Below are positions 47,319 through 57,664 of a DNA stretch of 64,000 bases, piece after piece. This stretch comes from Gemmatimonadota bacterium (GTDB lineage: Bacteria > JAAXHH01). The notes under the pieces are model-generated. The model did not search any database. It was given only the letters and a program-made list of their open reading frames with translations, and was not told the origin of the DNA. The stretch spans positions 19,211 to 83,210 of the forward strand of contig VXTP01000030.1 of NCBI GenBank assembly GCA_009837395.1, given 5' to 3'. Each line of letters starts with the position of its first letter. Within the stretch, counting starts at the first letter, position 1. The translations under genes and the position numbers were made by a program.

Positions 47319-47499
47319 CTCTCGGACGCGGGTGGATCAATCCTGTCGGACCCGGTTTTGTTCCAGCATCAGAATAGGGTTTGGAAGGGGGTTTGTCAAC
47401 GGATCAATCTGCGGCGGGCAGGGGATGGGACGATGATGCACCGGATGGCGTGTCGCGGGATGGACGCCGGGTGGAAGGCGTCTGCCGGGAACCCGCGGA

Positions 47500-48693
47500 T
47501 CACCGGTTAATTCTGAGTCTGAGGACGAGCACGAGGAGGGCCAGTTGGACGTGGGCGTTCCGTGCGATGTCCCGCCTGGCTTCCTCGATGGCGGCGATCC
47601 CCTTCTCGATTTCTTCCGCATCCATCGCGGAGGCCCGTTCGCGCAGCGGTTCCGTGCAGTCCGCGTTCGAGAGCGTCGGGGACCCGTTCGCCGAGGAAAG
47701 GACGAACAGGTCACGATACAGCGAAAGCAGGTGGTCGAGGATCTTTTCCACGACCGGTTCTTCGCGGTGAGACGCGACGAGAGATTCCACCTGCTCGAAC
47801 AGGCTCAGCGGCGTCGCGTCGTTTACGCATTCCAGCAAGGCGAAGGCGTCTTCGCGGATCTTCGAACCCCGCTCCGAACTGGCCGCCAGCGCTTCGGAAA
47901 GGCGGCCATCGGACGTGCGTGCGAGTTCCCCGGCTTCTTCCGGGGATACGTCGTATCGCTCGATCAGCGACGATTTCACCTCGTCCTCCCGCAGGCGCGA
48001 AAGAAAAACGGGTTGGCAGCGGGACACGATGGTCGGCAGCAGCCTCCCGGACCGGGACGCGGTCAGAATGAGCATCAGGGATCCCGGAGGCTCTTCGAGC
48101 GTCTTGAGCAGTGCGTTCGAGGCGGCGGCGTTCATGCGGTCCGCCGCGACGATGATCGCGACTTTCCTCCGTCCTTCGTAGGGCTTGGCCGATGCCTCCC
48201 TGCGCAGCGACCGGACATCCTCCACGGAAAGCATGTCGTTCATTCCGAAGGGCGGGGCGCCGTAAGGGTCTTCGGCCAGCCGGACGGCCAGGCCCTGCCT
48301 GCGCTCCTCCCGGGCGTTCGCGCGGCCGGACGAGCCCTCACCCCTGCCGGACGAGCCCTCGCCCCTGCCGGAAGACCGATCCGGGGGCGGGGTGGATGAA
48401 GAGGGGACCAAGAGGTGCAGGTCGGGATGCTGGAGCGCGCGTATCCGCCGGCAATGGCGGCACGGGCCGCGCGGGCCATGCTGATTTTGCTGACCAGGCT
48501 GGCCAAGCTGACCGCAGGGTTCCCCGGGTCCGTATTCGCAGTTGACCGCGCAGGCGAGTTCTATGGCCAGTGCTTCGGCGCCCACGCCGGATGGCCCGGA
48601 GAACAGGTACCCGTGGGCAAGGCGGTCCTGCTTTACGGCCTCCATGAGCCGTTGCCGCTGCTGCTCGTGACCTATAACGCGATCGAAAGCCAT
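47500..48693 (-). CDS. holB: DNA polymerase III subunit delta-prime, with low-complexity insertion
   Basis: It has AAA+ GYLFSGPSGVG, a Zn-module CRHCRRI, and ALLKTLEEPP and SRCQ motifs. A 50-aa insert of about 24-bp tandem DNA repeats (SSGRGEGSSGRGEGSSGR) lies at 48325-48372. Confidence 0.8.
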   Translation of the reverse strand: MAFDRVIGHEQQRQRLMEAVKQDRLAHGYLFSGPSGVGAEALAIELACAVNCEYGPGEPCGQLGQPGQQNQHGPRGPCRHCRRIRALQHPDLHLLVPSSSTPPPDRSSGRGEGSSGRGEGSSGRANAREERRQGLAVRLAEDPYGAPPFGMNDMLSVEDVRSLRREASAKPYEGRRKVAIIVAADRMNAAASNALLKTLEEPPGSLMLILTASRSGRLLPTIVSRCQPVFLSRLREDEVKSSLIERYDVSPEEAGELARTSDGRLSEALAASSERGSKIREDAFALLECVNDATPLSLFEQVESLVASHREEPVVEKILDHLLSLYRDLFVLSSANGSPTLSNADCTEPLRERASAMDAEEIEKGIAAIEEARRDIARNAHVQLALLVLVLRLRINR

Positions 48694-48708
48694 ATTATAG
48701 ACGGTTCA

Positions 48709-49485
48709 TCAGGCGGGGCGGACCACGTAGTGGACCCTGTTGGATCGCTCCGACGCTTCCTGGAAACTGAAGCCGTCGAATGCGCCGAGTACCACATATC
48801 CCGATTGCCGGCAGATCTCCGCCAGCCGGGCCACGGGATAGATTCGCTGTTCGTGGCGTTCCCGGGTGGAATACCGCTCACCGCCGCGGTGGAAGGTTAA
48901 CTGGAATTCATTGACCTGCACGCGCGACTCGGGGACATACTCGCAGCGCCGGACATAGGAATAATCCCCGTTGCTTTCCTGGTCGACCTGGTTATGGAAG
49001 TACCTGCGCGAGTTGATTTCCGTGCAGACGTCAAATATGAAAAGGCCGCCTTTGTTCAGCACCCCACGCAATCGATTCATCATGGCGGCGATGTCCGCTT
49101 CATCCATGATGTAGTTAATGCTGTCGTACAGGCACAATACCGCATCGTAGCTTCCAGAAACGGGCATGTCTACCATGTCGCCGGCCTGAAACGCGATGGA
49201 CCGGCGGCCGTCCAGGGCTTTCCGCCTGGCGACGGCGATCATGCTCTCCGACCGGTCCATGCCCGTCATCCGGTATCCGCGGTCATCGAGAATACACGCC
49301 ATGACGCCGGTACCGCAGGCCAGTTCAAGGATGTCCTTCGGCGTCGCCCCGAACCGTTCGAATACCGACTGGATGTAGTCGGCCCACCGATCGTAGTCCA
49401 CGTGACGCATCACGTGATCGTAAATCGGGGCCAACTGGTTGTAGGGAAGCTCCGGATCAGCCGGGTGGGTTTTCCTGTGGCGCAT
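48709..49485 (-). CDS. class I SAM-dependent methyltransferase
   Basis: It carries ILELACGTG (motif I) and a Rossmann MTase core, and is 258 aa. Confidence 0.8.
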   Translation of the reverse strand: MRHRKTHPADPELPYNQLAPIYDHVMRHVDYDRWADYIQSVFERFGATPKDILELACGTGVMACILDDRGYRMTGMDRSESMIAVARRKALDGRRSIAFQAGDMVDMPVSGSYDAVLCLYDSINYIMDEADIAAMMNRLRGVLNKGGLFIFDVCTEINSRRYFHNQVDQESNGDYSYVRRCEYVPESRVQVNEFQLTFHRGGERYSTRERHEQRIYPVARLAEICRQSGYVVLGAFDGFSFQEASERSNRVHYVVRPA

Positions 49486-49515
49486 GCTTAAGGGATTTCG
49501 CGTCCGGGCGGGCGT

Positions 49516-49803
49516 TCATCGAGTATCGAAGCCTGAAACGTCATCGCTAAGTTGTTCGTCGCTGAGGACGTGGTACATGGATTGCGCCCGGTCTTTCGAG
49601 ACGTTTCCTTCCGGGACGCACAACACTTCGAACTCCAGCCTCCTGTCGGGCCAGGCCACGACGACGATGTCCTTCGCCGCCACCTGGTGGCCGGGTTTCG
49701 CGGACCGTCCGGAAATGGTAACCATACCCCGGTCGCAGGCCTTCTTGGCGGCGTCCCGCTGTTTGATGATGCGGGACCGTTTCAGAAAGAGATCTAGTCT
49801 CAT
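49516..49803 (-). CDS. S4-domain RNA-binding protein (Hsp15/YlmH-like)
   Basis: MRLDLFLKRSRIIKQRDAAKKACDRGMVTISG fits an S4 fold, and the product is 95 aa. Confidence 0.75.
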   Translation of the reverse strand: MRLDLFLKRSRIIKQRDAAKKACDRGMVTISGRSAKPGHQVAAKDIVVVAWPDRRLEFEVLCVPEGNVSKDRAQSMYHVLSDEQLSDDVSGFDTR

Positions 49804-49886
49804 CTCATGGGATGTCGCACTTTGGTCACGCGGCAGACGCGCGTTCGCGGATCTCGGTTCAGGGCAAAGCGTTCAGGGCAGAGTGT

Positions 49887-51203
49887 TCAGGGCAGGACGT
49901 CCAGGCCGCGCTCGTCGATGTACAACTCCCGTCGAAGGTCCTTGAGCCACCGTTCCCTCTCCTCACTCCACTTGGCGAATTTGGCCAGATTCGTGATTTC
50001 CTGAAAGTGGTCGTCCAGGGTGAACTTGTCGCCCCCGGTCCTTTCGTTCAGCCGCATGATGTGATAGGAGACGGCGCCCTGGTCCACCACCTTGATGGGT
50101 TCGGTCATCTCGTCGATGGATATGGCGTTGAGGGCGTCCTGGTACTCGGGCAGCAACTGGTCGAGCATGAACTCCCCGATGTGGCCGCCGTTGGAAGCGG
50201 AGGCCAGGTCTTCCGAGTACTTCCGGGCGGCATCGGAAAAAGTCTCGTCGCCGTCGAGTATCCGCTGCCGCAGCATGGAAATCGTCTCCTGCGCCCGATG
50301 ATCGTCTTCATCCGTCTTCGGGATCTGGACCAGGATGTGCCGCACGCGGATCTGGTCGTCCCTCCGTTCCTCCAGCTTGATGATATGCAGGCCCACGTCC
50401 GTCTGCACCGTGGGGCTGACACCGCCCGTCTCCAGGGTGAAAGCCGCCTCTTCGAAATCAGCCATGAACGTGCCGCGGGTGAAGAATCCCAGGTCTCCGC
50501 CGTTTCTGGCGCTGTTCAGGTCTTCCGAATACCGCCGCGCCATCTCGCCGAAGTCCTCCCCTTCCGCTATGCGGCGCCGGATCTCCTCGATCCGCGCGTT
50601 CATGGCGGACACGACTTCCGGGTCCGGGCGTGACGTGATCATGATATGGCTCAGGTCGAGCTGGACGGGGTTCGACGGTATGCTGTCATAGTGCGTCTCA
50701 TAGTACCGGGCCACTTCCAGGCCGGTAACGCGGACTTCACCGAAGCGGTCTTCCTCGAGCCTGCGCTGCAGCAGTTCCTCCTCCTTCTGGCGCCGTAGCA
50801 GCCGGTTCCAGTCCCGCATGGTCATGCCCGAATTCGCCACCAGTTGTTCCAGGGCTTCTTCGGAACCGAGCCGTTCCGTGTACTGGTCGATGATCTGGCG
50901 CACCGCGCCGTTTACCTGCTCAGCGGGTACCCGCACGCTGTCCCTGCGTGCATACGCGAGCACGACCCGCGTATCGATCATGTCCGTCAGCAACTGGTTC
51001 GGGAGGTCTTCCGGCTCCTGCTCCGGCTCCTGCATGCGGTACATCTTAACCGCTTCGACGACGTCGGAGTAGAGGATGATCTCGTTGTCCACGACGGCGA
51101 CGACGTAGTCCACCAGTTGCTGGCCCTGGACCGGGCGTCCCGCCAAGATCAGGGTAAGTAACAGCAGCAACGAGAAATACCGGGGGATTGATCGCAAGGT
51201 CAT
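49887..51203 (-). CDS. surA: periplasmic chaperone/peptidyl-prolyl isomerase SurA-like (two parvulin domains)
   Basis: It has a signal peptide and two parvulin modules (FGEMARRYSEDLNSARNGGDLGFF and AARKYSEDLASASNGGHIGEF). Confidence 0.8.
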   Translation of the reverse strand: MTLRSIPRYFSLLLLLTLILAGRPVQGQQLVDYVVAVVDNEIILYSDVVEAVKMYRMQEPEQEPEDLPNQLLTDMIDTRVVLAYARRDSVRVPAEQVNGAVRQIIDQYTERLGSEEALEQLVANSGMTMRDWNRLLRRQKEEELLQRRLEEDRFGEVRVTGLEVARYYETHYDSIPSNPVQLDLSHIMITSRPDPEVVSAMNARIEEIRRRIAEGEDFGEMARRYSEDLNSARNGGDLGFFTRGTFMADFEEAAFTLETGGVSPTVQTDVGLHIIKLEERRDDQIRVRHILVQIPKTDEDDHRAQETISMLRQRILDGDETFSDAARKYSEDLASASNGGHIGEFMLDQLLPEYQDALNAISIDEMTEPIKVVDQGAVSYHIMRLNERTGGDKFTLDDHFQEITNLAKFAKWSEERERWLKDLRRELYIDERGLDVLP

Positions 51204-51262
51204 GCTCCTCCTGTGCCGGTCTGCGGCGCCCTTTCTACGGCGCTCTCTCCGCGGTGCCCTTT

Positions 51263-52129
51263 CTACGGCGCGCCGGGTTCCGGCCGCATCAGGTTCCCGT
51301 CATGGATTTCCACGTCGGCCGTCTGACGCAGCGCATCGACGTACCGGCTGACCAGTTCGCGGCGCTTGTCCCGCAGTACCCGGTTGACGATCTCGCCGCG
51401 GACCTCGTCCAGCGGCGGCAGCGTGCCGGCTTCGCGACGCTCCGCGACCCTGAATATAAACGAACCGTTTTCGGAAAGGACGGGCCGCGAAACCTGGCCG
51501 GCACTCAGGGAAAAGACGATTTCCTGCACCGAAACGTCGCTGATATCCGCCCTTTTCAGGAAACCCAGGTCCCCGCCATCGATCGAAGACACGTGAATGG
51601 ACCGCGTCCGCGCCAGTTCCTCGAAGGTAGCGCTCCGGCGCGACAACTGGTTACGGACCTGCCGGGCCGTGGTCACGTCCGGTAGAACGATCACCGAGAC
51701 CCTGAGTTCCGGTTCGGGGTAAACGAATTCCTGTCGATTGGCCTCGAAATAGGCCTCGACCTCTTCGTCGGACACCACGATCGCCGCATCGGCGGCCATG
51801 TGTTCCAGCACGACGTTGGCCAGGTGCTCCCGGCGCATCCTGTCCAGGTCCCGGGCCGTCTTGTCGTCGCTGTCCAGATTCTGCCGCAGGGCTTCCTGGT
51901 AGAGCAACTCGGTCCGGATCCAGTCGGACACCCGGTCCTTTCTCATCTGGGGCGTGGCGGCGAACAATGCCGTGGCCTCGAGTTCGGCATCCAGTTCATC
52001 GACCGTCAGCGTGGACTGGTTCACCCTTGCGACAACCGAATCGGGATCTTCCGGCATCGAGCTGCACTGGCACTGTGTCAAGACAAGCGCCACGTTCAGC
52101 ATTACGGTACAACAGACCGCGGATTTCAT
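51263..52129 (-). CDS. parvulin-type peptidyl-prolyl isomerase (PrsA/PpiD-like) lipoprotein
   Basis: The N-terminus is signal/lipobox-like (VALVLTQCQCS). It has one parvulin domain (FEELARTRSIHVSSIDGGDLGF). Confidence 0.75.
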   Translation of the reverse strand: MKSAVCCTVMLNVALVLTQCQCSSMPEDPDSVVARVNQSTLTVDELDAELEATALFAATPQMRKDRVSDWIRTELLYQEALRQNLDSDDKTARDLDRMRREHLANVVLEHMAADAAIVVSDEEVEAYFEANRQEFVYPEPELRVSVIVLPDVTTARQVRNQLSRRSATFEELARTRSIHVSSIDGGDLGFLKRADISDVSVQEIVFSLSAGQVSRPVLSENGSFIFRVAERREAGTLPPLDEVRGEIVNRVLRDKRRELVSRYVDALRQTADVEIHDGNLMRPEPGAP

Positions 52130-52192
52130 GCTGATATTCTTACTCCAGCGGGCAAGTCAAACTTCGGCAACCGGGCATGTATCATTAACCAA

Positions 52193-55100
52193 TTACAGGA
52201 GTTTGAGCAACAGGTTTTTGGCCAGATTGACCCGGTCGGCTTCCGTTTCGCCGGTCAGTCCAGCCCTGATCCGGAAACCCTCCCCGTGGGGGAATTCGAT
52301 GTCCAGCGCGGGATCGTCCGTCACCCTGGCGAGTCGGTCCCGCGTTGGATAGAGACCGTTCCGGTAGGCTACGGTCATCTCATTCCCGTGCACCCTGAGC
52401 TGCTGCAGTCCGATCCTCGCCGCGATCTGCCGGATGGAAACCAGGTCGAAGAGGACGCGCACCGGATCGGGCAACCGGCCGAACCGGTCCTCCATCTCTT
52501 CACGGAGCGAGTCGACTTCCTGCTCGTCTTCCACCCGGGAAAGCCGCTGGTAAAAGCCCACCTTAAGCTTCCGGTCCGCGATATAGTCATCGGGAATGAA
52601 GGCAGCAACCTGCAGTTCGACTTCGGCTTCGGGCGTCTCTTCCCGCGACTCGCCCTTGAGGTCCTGCATCGCCTCTTTCAACAGACGGCAGTACAGATCG
52701 AAACCGATGGAGGAGATGAACCCGTGCTGCTCCGTGCCCAGCAGGTTGCCGGCGCCCCGGATCTCCAGGTCCCGCATGGCGATGTGGAATCCCGACCCGA
52801 GCGCGGTATACTCGGCGATCACGGCCAGCCGCTTGCGGGCGTCGGGGGTCACCGTGCCGGCGGCGGGGATCATCAGATAGGCGTAGGCCCGGTGATTGGA
52901 CCGCCCCACGCGACCACGGAGCTGATACAACTGGGCCAGGCCGAACCGGTCCGCGCGGTTCACCAGGATGGTATTCACGCTGGGGATGTCCAGCCCGGAC
53001 TCGATGATCATGGTGGACACGAGACAGTCGTATTTACGGTCCAGAAAATCGATCATTACCTTTTCGAGTTCCCGTTCCTGCATCTGCCCGTGGCCCACGA
53101 CGAAAGACACCTGGGGCAGGAGGCGCCGGAGAAACTCGGCGACCGCCTCGATGGACTGGACCCTGTTGTGGACGAAGAAGACCTGTCCGCCGCGGTCCAC
53201 CTCCCGCATGATCGCCTCGCAGATCACTTCCTCGTTGAAACGCACCACTTCGGTGTGCACGGGCAGCCGGTCCCTGGGCGGGGTGGTGATGAGGGACATG
53301 TCGCGGGCGGAGACCAGCGACATGTGGAGCGTCCGCGGGATGGGCGTAGCGGTCATGGTCATGACGTCCACGGAGGTCTTCAGCTGCTTGAGCCGTTCCT
53401 TGTGGACCACGCCGAACCGCTGTTCTTCATCGACCACGAGCAGACCCATGTCGCTGAAATCGATGTCGCCGGAAATGAGACGATGGGTGCCGATGACGAT
53501 ATCCACTTCGCCCTTCCCGAGCCCCGCGACTACGGCTTTCTGCTCCCTCGGCGGTACGAACCGGCTCAGCATGCGGATGTTCACCGGGTAGTCCGCGAGC
53601 CGTTCGGTGAAGGTGGTCAGGTGCTGTTGCGCCAGGATGGTGGTCGGCGCCAGTACCGCGACCTGTTTCCCGTCCTGCACCGCCTTGAACGCGGCGCGGA
53701 TCGCCACTTCGGTCTTCCCGTAGCCTACGTCGCCGCAGATCAGCCGGTCCATGGGCACCGCCTTCTCCATATCCGACTTCACGTCCGAGGAAGCCTGCTC
53801 CTGGTCCGGCGTATCCTCGTAGATGAAAGAGTCTTCCATTTCCCGCTGCCAGGGGGTGTCGGCCGAGAAGGAGAACCCGGGGCTGGCCTGCCGGGCCGCA
53901 TAAAGCTTGACCAGGTCTTCGGCGATCTCCCGGACCGCCTTGCGCGTGCGCTTCTTGGCCTGTTCCCAGGCTCTTCCGCCCAGTTTCGACAACGTGGGCG
54001 CCTCGCCATCGGAGCCGATGTACTTTTGGACCCGATGCAGCTGCTCGATGGGGATGAAAACCCGGTCGTCTCCGGCGTAGACCAGGGTCAGGCAGTCCCT
54101 CTCCCGGTCATCCACGGAAATGCGCTTCAACCCGACGTACCGGCCGATGCCGTGGTCGATATGGACGACGAAGTCCCCCTCTTTGAGGCTGGTGAAGTCC
54201 TCGATCACCACGCCTTCCTTGAAGACCTTGCGGCGGCGTCTCCGGTACCGGTTGAAGATCTCCGCGTCGGTCAGCACGACGAGCGGCAGGTCAGGGAGAA
54301 TGAACCCGGCGTGCATCGGCCCGACCGGCATTTCGATCTCCGGGGCGTCCGGGCCCAGGATCTCGCGCAGTCTCTCCGCCTGTCCTTCGTTGTCGCACAC
54401 CACCACGACCCGGGCGCCAGCCGCCTGCCATTCCTTTAGCCGGGACTTCAGCACGTCCATCGCCCCCTGGTACACGCCGGAGGCCTCGGCGCCGACCGCG
54501 AGCCACCCTTCGGCCGCCCGCGTGCCGCGCACCATGTCCATCGTGCCGTAGTAGGCCGATTCCTCCATTACGCCGGGCCAGCGCAGGATCGCTGCTTCCG
54601 GACCGGGGACCAGGTCGTCCGCTTCGGTTCTTCGCAAGTGGGTGTCTTCGTATTCCGCCTCGAATGACTCGGCTTCGCGGGCCAGTTCATCGGGTTCGCA
54701 GCGGACGATCAGCGTACGGTCAGGCAGGTAGTTCATGATGGTGGCGGCGGAGGGATGGAAGTAGGGAAGGTAGCGTTCACTGCCTTCGAACAGCCCGCCG
54801 TCCTCGATATGCGCCACCAGTTCGGACGCGTCGAGCGATAACGATGCGCCGGCCCGCATTACCCTTTGTATCACGTCGTCGCGCGTTTCCGGATCGTCGA
54901 TCATTTCCCGGTTCGGGAGCACCGTCATCTCGCCGATGTTCTGCGAAGACCGCTGGGTGTAGATATCAAACAGGCGGATCGATTCCACCTCGTCGCCGAA
55001 GAACTCGATTCTGCACGGCTGTTCCATCCCGTGGGGATAGACGTCGACGATCCCTCCCCGCACGCTGAAGTGGCCAGGCGCCTGCACCATGTCCGTCCGC

Positions 55101-55594
55101 TCGTAACCGAGCCGGATGCACCGCGCGGTAAGTTCGTTCAAGGGGATGGTGGCGCCCGCTGCGACCTGGAGGACGGCGCCGGCCAGTACGGTCGGCGGCA
55201 TAGTCCGCTGCATGACGGCCCGGACCGTCGCGACGACGAACAGCGGCCGGTTATTCGCCAGGGCGTGCAGCGCCCCCAGGCGCCTTCCCGACAGGTCCCC
55301 CGGCGGCGAAACCTGGTCGTAGGGCAGCACCTCCCAGGGGGGAAACAACGCCACGTCGTCGGGATCCAGCAGGCTGGAGACGTCCTCGAACATCTCCTCG
55401 GCGGCGTCCGTGTCCTCCACGATGACCAGCGTCGCGCCGCCCCGTTTCCGGTGCGCGTGGGCGAGCAGTAGAGACCGCGAAGAGCCGGCGAGCCCCGACA
55501 CCCGCGCGGTGCGGGCATCATCGGCGGCCTGCGCGAGATAGCGCTGTACGACGGGAGATGCTTCCGTGATGTCCAGGAGGGTTGGAAGGCGCAT
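52193..55594 (-). CDS. mfd: transcription-repair coupling factor
   Basis: The 1133-aa product has a UvrB-like N-domain, an RNAP-interaction domain, a DEAD/DEAH helicase core (GDVGYGKTEVA, DEEQRFG) and a TRCF C-domain. Confidence 0.95.
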   Translation of the reverse strand: MRLPTLLDITEASPVVQRYLAQAADDARTARVSGLAGSSRSLLLAHAHRKRGGATLVIVEDTDAAEEMFEDVSSLLDPDDVALFPPWEVLPYDQVSPPGDLSGRRLGALHALANNRPLFVVATVRAVMQRTMPPTVLAGAVLQVAAGATIPLNELTARCIRLGYERTDMVQAPGHFSVRGGIVDVYPHGMEQPCRIEFFGDEVESIRLFDIYTQRSSQNIGEMTVLPNREMIDDPETRDDVIQRVMRAGASLSLDASELVAHIEDGGLFEGSERYLPYFHPSAATIMNYLPDRTLIVRCEPDELAREAESFEAEYEDTHLRRTEADDLVPGPEAAILRWPGVMEESAYYGTMDMVRGTRAAEGWLAVGAEASGVYQGAMDVLKSRLKEWQAAGARVVVVCDNEGQAERLREILGPDAPEIEMPVGPMHAGFILPDLPLVVLTDAEIFNRYRRRRRKVFKEGVVIEDFTSLKEGDFVVHIDHGIGRYVGLKRISVDDRERDCLTLVYAGDDRVFIPIEQLHRVQKYIGSDGEAPTLSKLGGRAWEQAKKRTRKAVREIAEDLVKLYAARQASPGFSFSADTPWQREMEDSFIYEDTPDQEQASSDVKSDMEKAVPMDRLICGDVGYGKTEVAIRAAFKAVQDGKQVAVLAPTTILAQQHLTTFTERLADYPVNIRMLSRFVPPREQKAVVAGLGKGEVDIVIGTHRLISGDIDFSDMGLLVVDEEQRFGVVHKERLKQLKTSVDVMTMTATPIPRTLHMSLVSARDMSLITTPPRDRLPVHTEVVRFNEEVICEAIMREVDRGGQVFFVHNRVQSIEAVAEFLRRLLPQVSFVVGHGQMQERELEKVMIDFLDRKYDCLVSTMIIESGLDIPSVNTILVNRADRFGLAQLYQLRGRVGRSNHRAYAYLMIPAAGTVTPDARKRLAVIAEYTALGSGFHIAMRDLEIRGAGNLLGTEQHGFISSIGFDLYCRLLKEAMQDLKGESREETPEAEVELQVAAFIPDDYIADRKLKVGFYQRLSRVEDEQEVDSLREEMEDRFGRLPDPVRVLFDLVSIRQIAARIGLQQLRVHGNEMTVAYRNGLYPTRDRLARVTDDPALDIEFPHGEGFRIRAGLTGETEADRVNLAKNLLLKLL

Positions 55595-55609
55595 ACGAGA
55601 GCGGTTCGG

Positions 55610-56569
55610 CTACATGGGGTTCCGCAGCCGGTGGGTGATCCGCTGCAACACGTCCTCGTTCCGGGCTTCGAAGGACCTGGCGGTGATCATCTCGTAGGCT
55701 GTAATGTACCGGCGGGCGGCTTCGATCCTGATCTCGTCCGGGATGTGCGGTATGGGACCGTCGCCGCGAAAACCGCGGTCCGCAAGCCATCCGCGGACGT
55801 ATTCCTTGTCCATCTTCTCCGGTTCCTCACCGCGGCGGAAACGATCTTCATAGGTATCCCTGATCCAGAATCTGGAAGAGTCGGGCGTGTGGATCTCGTC
55901 GATCAACACGACCCGGTCCTCGAAGAGGCCGAATTCGTACTTGGTGTCCACCAGGATCAGGTTGTTGGCCGCCGCCCGTTCGGTGCCGAAGGCGAATAGC
56001 GCAAGAGCCGCCCGTTCCATCTCCCGGTACGCTCCTTCGTCCACGAGGCCCCGACGAAGCACCTCTTCCGCCGAGATGGACTCGTCGTGGGCTCCTTTCT
56101 CCGGCTTCGTCGAAGGGGTAATAATGGGCCGGTCGAAGGGCTGGTTCTTTTTCATGCCGTCCGGCAGCGCATTGCCGCAGAAATCGCGGCTTCCCCGGGA
56201 ATAGTGGTACCAGGCCGACGTCGTGGTCACGCCGGTCAGATACCCCCGGACGACCATCTCGACCGGAATCAGTTGGCATTCCCTGGCTACGAGCACGTTC
56301 GGATCGGGCACGTCGATCAGGTGGTTCTCAATGATATGCCGGGTCCGTTCGAACCAGTAGACCGCGGTCTGGTTGATGACCTGGCCCTTGAAGGGAAGGG
56401 CGCACAAAACCCGGTCGAAGGCGGAGATCCGATCGGTGGTCACGATGATCCGTTTCCCGTTGAGCCGGTAGTTGTCCCTGACCTTGCCTTCGTACTTCTC
56501 GCCCAGGTCGAAACAGGTATCGTGCAATACGAAATCCAACTGCTTCCTGAGGAGGTCTTCAGACACCAT
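55610..56569 (-). CDS. purC: phosphoribosylaminoimidazole-succinocarboxamide synthase
   Basis: It has GKVRDNY and DRISAFD motifs and is 319 aa. Confidence 0.9.
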   Translation of the reverse strand: MVSEDLLRKQLDFVLHDTCFDLGEKYEGKVRDNYRLNGKRIIVTTDRISAFDRVLCALPFKGQVINQTAVYWFERTRHIIENHLIDVPDPNVLVARECQLIPVEMVVRGYLTGVTTTSAWYHYSRGSRDFCGNALPDGMKKNQPFDRPIITPSTKPEKGAHDESISAEEVLRRGLVDEGAYREMERAALALFAFGTERAAANNLILVDTKYEFGLFEDRVVLIDEIHTPDSSRFWIRDTYEDRFRRGEEPEKMDKEYVRGWLADRGFRGDGPIPHIPDEIRIEAARRYITAYEMITARSFEARNEDVLQRITHRLRNPM

Positions 56570-56922
56570 GCTTCGCGTTGGTCCTTTTGGCGTATGGACG
56601 GCTGCACAACGGTCCGTTCATCGAGACGAGACCACTACCGAATCGAACCCTTCACACTAAGGTCAGCAGGCCGGAAAGTCAAGGGCAATCACGGCCCCGT
56701 TCACCCCTTCGGCGCACCCGGCAACCGATACCCCGCCCGCCGGTTACATCTCCGTGGCAGGCCATGTTTTTTGTTCCTGACGCCTTTTTTGCTGGACAGG
56801 TTTTCTAACCGTTCTATTATATTTGAGTTATACTGCTGAAGTATTGCCTTACCCGGTCAATTCGATACCGATTCGAGCGATCCGACATACTTCATTTACC
56901 GGTTCGAACAGGAGGTTCTATC

Positions 56923-57465
56923 ATGTCCAAGCAGGCCTTTCTGACCGCGCTGAGCGTCGTCGCATGCCTCTTCGTGGCCGCTGCATGCGCGGGACCGCCC
57001 ACCGAGGCCATGAACGGGGCCGAGGATGCCATGGCCGCCGCCATGGAAGCCGAGGTCGACAAGTACGCGCCGGCTGAATACGAAGCGGCCGCCGCCGAAC
57101 TCGAAATGGCCAGGGCGCACATGGACGCGGAGGAGTACGGCGATGCGAAAACCGCCGCCGAAAACGCCATGTCGCTCTTCGAATCGGCCAGCCAGGAATC
57201 CGTGGTGCAGAAGGAGTTGACCAAACGCGAGGTCGATGAAGCCCTGCCCGCTTTCCTGGAGCGCTGGGGGGAGATTTCGGGCAGCATCGAGCGGGGACGC
57301 GGCCAGGCCGCCCGTGCGCTCGCCCAGGAAGCCTCGGCATTCGCCGACTCGCTGACGGTGCAATTGAATGAACTGAACGCGGCCGAGAAATGGCACGATC
57401 TCAAAATGCTTCTCGAGTCAGCCAATATGCAAGCCGACAGTTTCGCGGAACGGGCCGGCGGCTGA
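56923..57465 (+). CDS. DUF4398-like lipoprotein
   Basis: It has a lipobox (LFVAAAC) and a KYAPAEYEAA motif. It is an alanine-rich helical protein. A CAGGAGG ribosome-binding site precedes the start. Confidence 0.6.
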   Translation: MSKQAFLTALSVVACLFVAAACAGPPTEAMNGAEDAMAAAMEAEVDKYAPAEYEAAAAELEMARAHMDAEEYGDAKTAAENAMSLFESASQESVVQKELTKREVDEALPAFLERWGEISGSIERGRGQAARALAQEASAFADSLTVQLNELNAAEKWHDLKMLLESANMQADSFAERAGG

Positions 57466-57498
57466 ACCGGCGCCCTGCCGTAGTTTGCAAGGAAACAT

Positions 57499-57534
57499 GA
57501 AGCCGTCTGACGACGTGGTCAGGCGGCTTTTCTA
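57499..57534 (+). terminator. Rho-independent terminator after lipoprotein gene
   Basis: The stem aagccgtctgac / gtcaggcggctt has 12 bp with one mismatch and a 6-nt loop. It is followed by ttttct. Confidence 0.6.
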
Positions 57535-57577
57535 ATGTCCGCTTCACCACCGGACCCGCAGGCCGTCCAAATCGTTA

Positions 57578-57606
57578 TTGACAATTCCGGGGCGGGTACA
57601 TAGAAT
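57578..57606 (+). promoter_or_regulatory. sigma70-type promoter TTGACA-N17-TAGAAT for ptsN
   Basis: The hexamers ttgaca (57578-57583) and tagaat (57601-57606) are separated by 17 nt. The promoter lies about 60 nt upstream of the ATG at 57665. Confidence 0.45.
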
Positions 57607-57664
57607 CACACAGGTTTTGAAGCGATTCCGTTATACAGGAAGGATCGGGATACAGGAGCACGGC

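Noticed and set aside
56570-56922. Possible purine or ZTP riboswitch in the 350-nt region upstream of purC
   Set aside because: I could not find the conserved purine-riboswitch or pfl-motif core sequences on the purC leader strand. Only a generic AT/T-rich promoter region is present.
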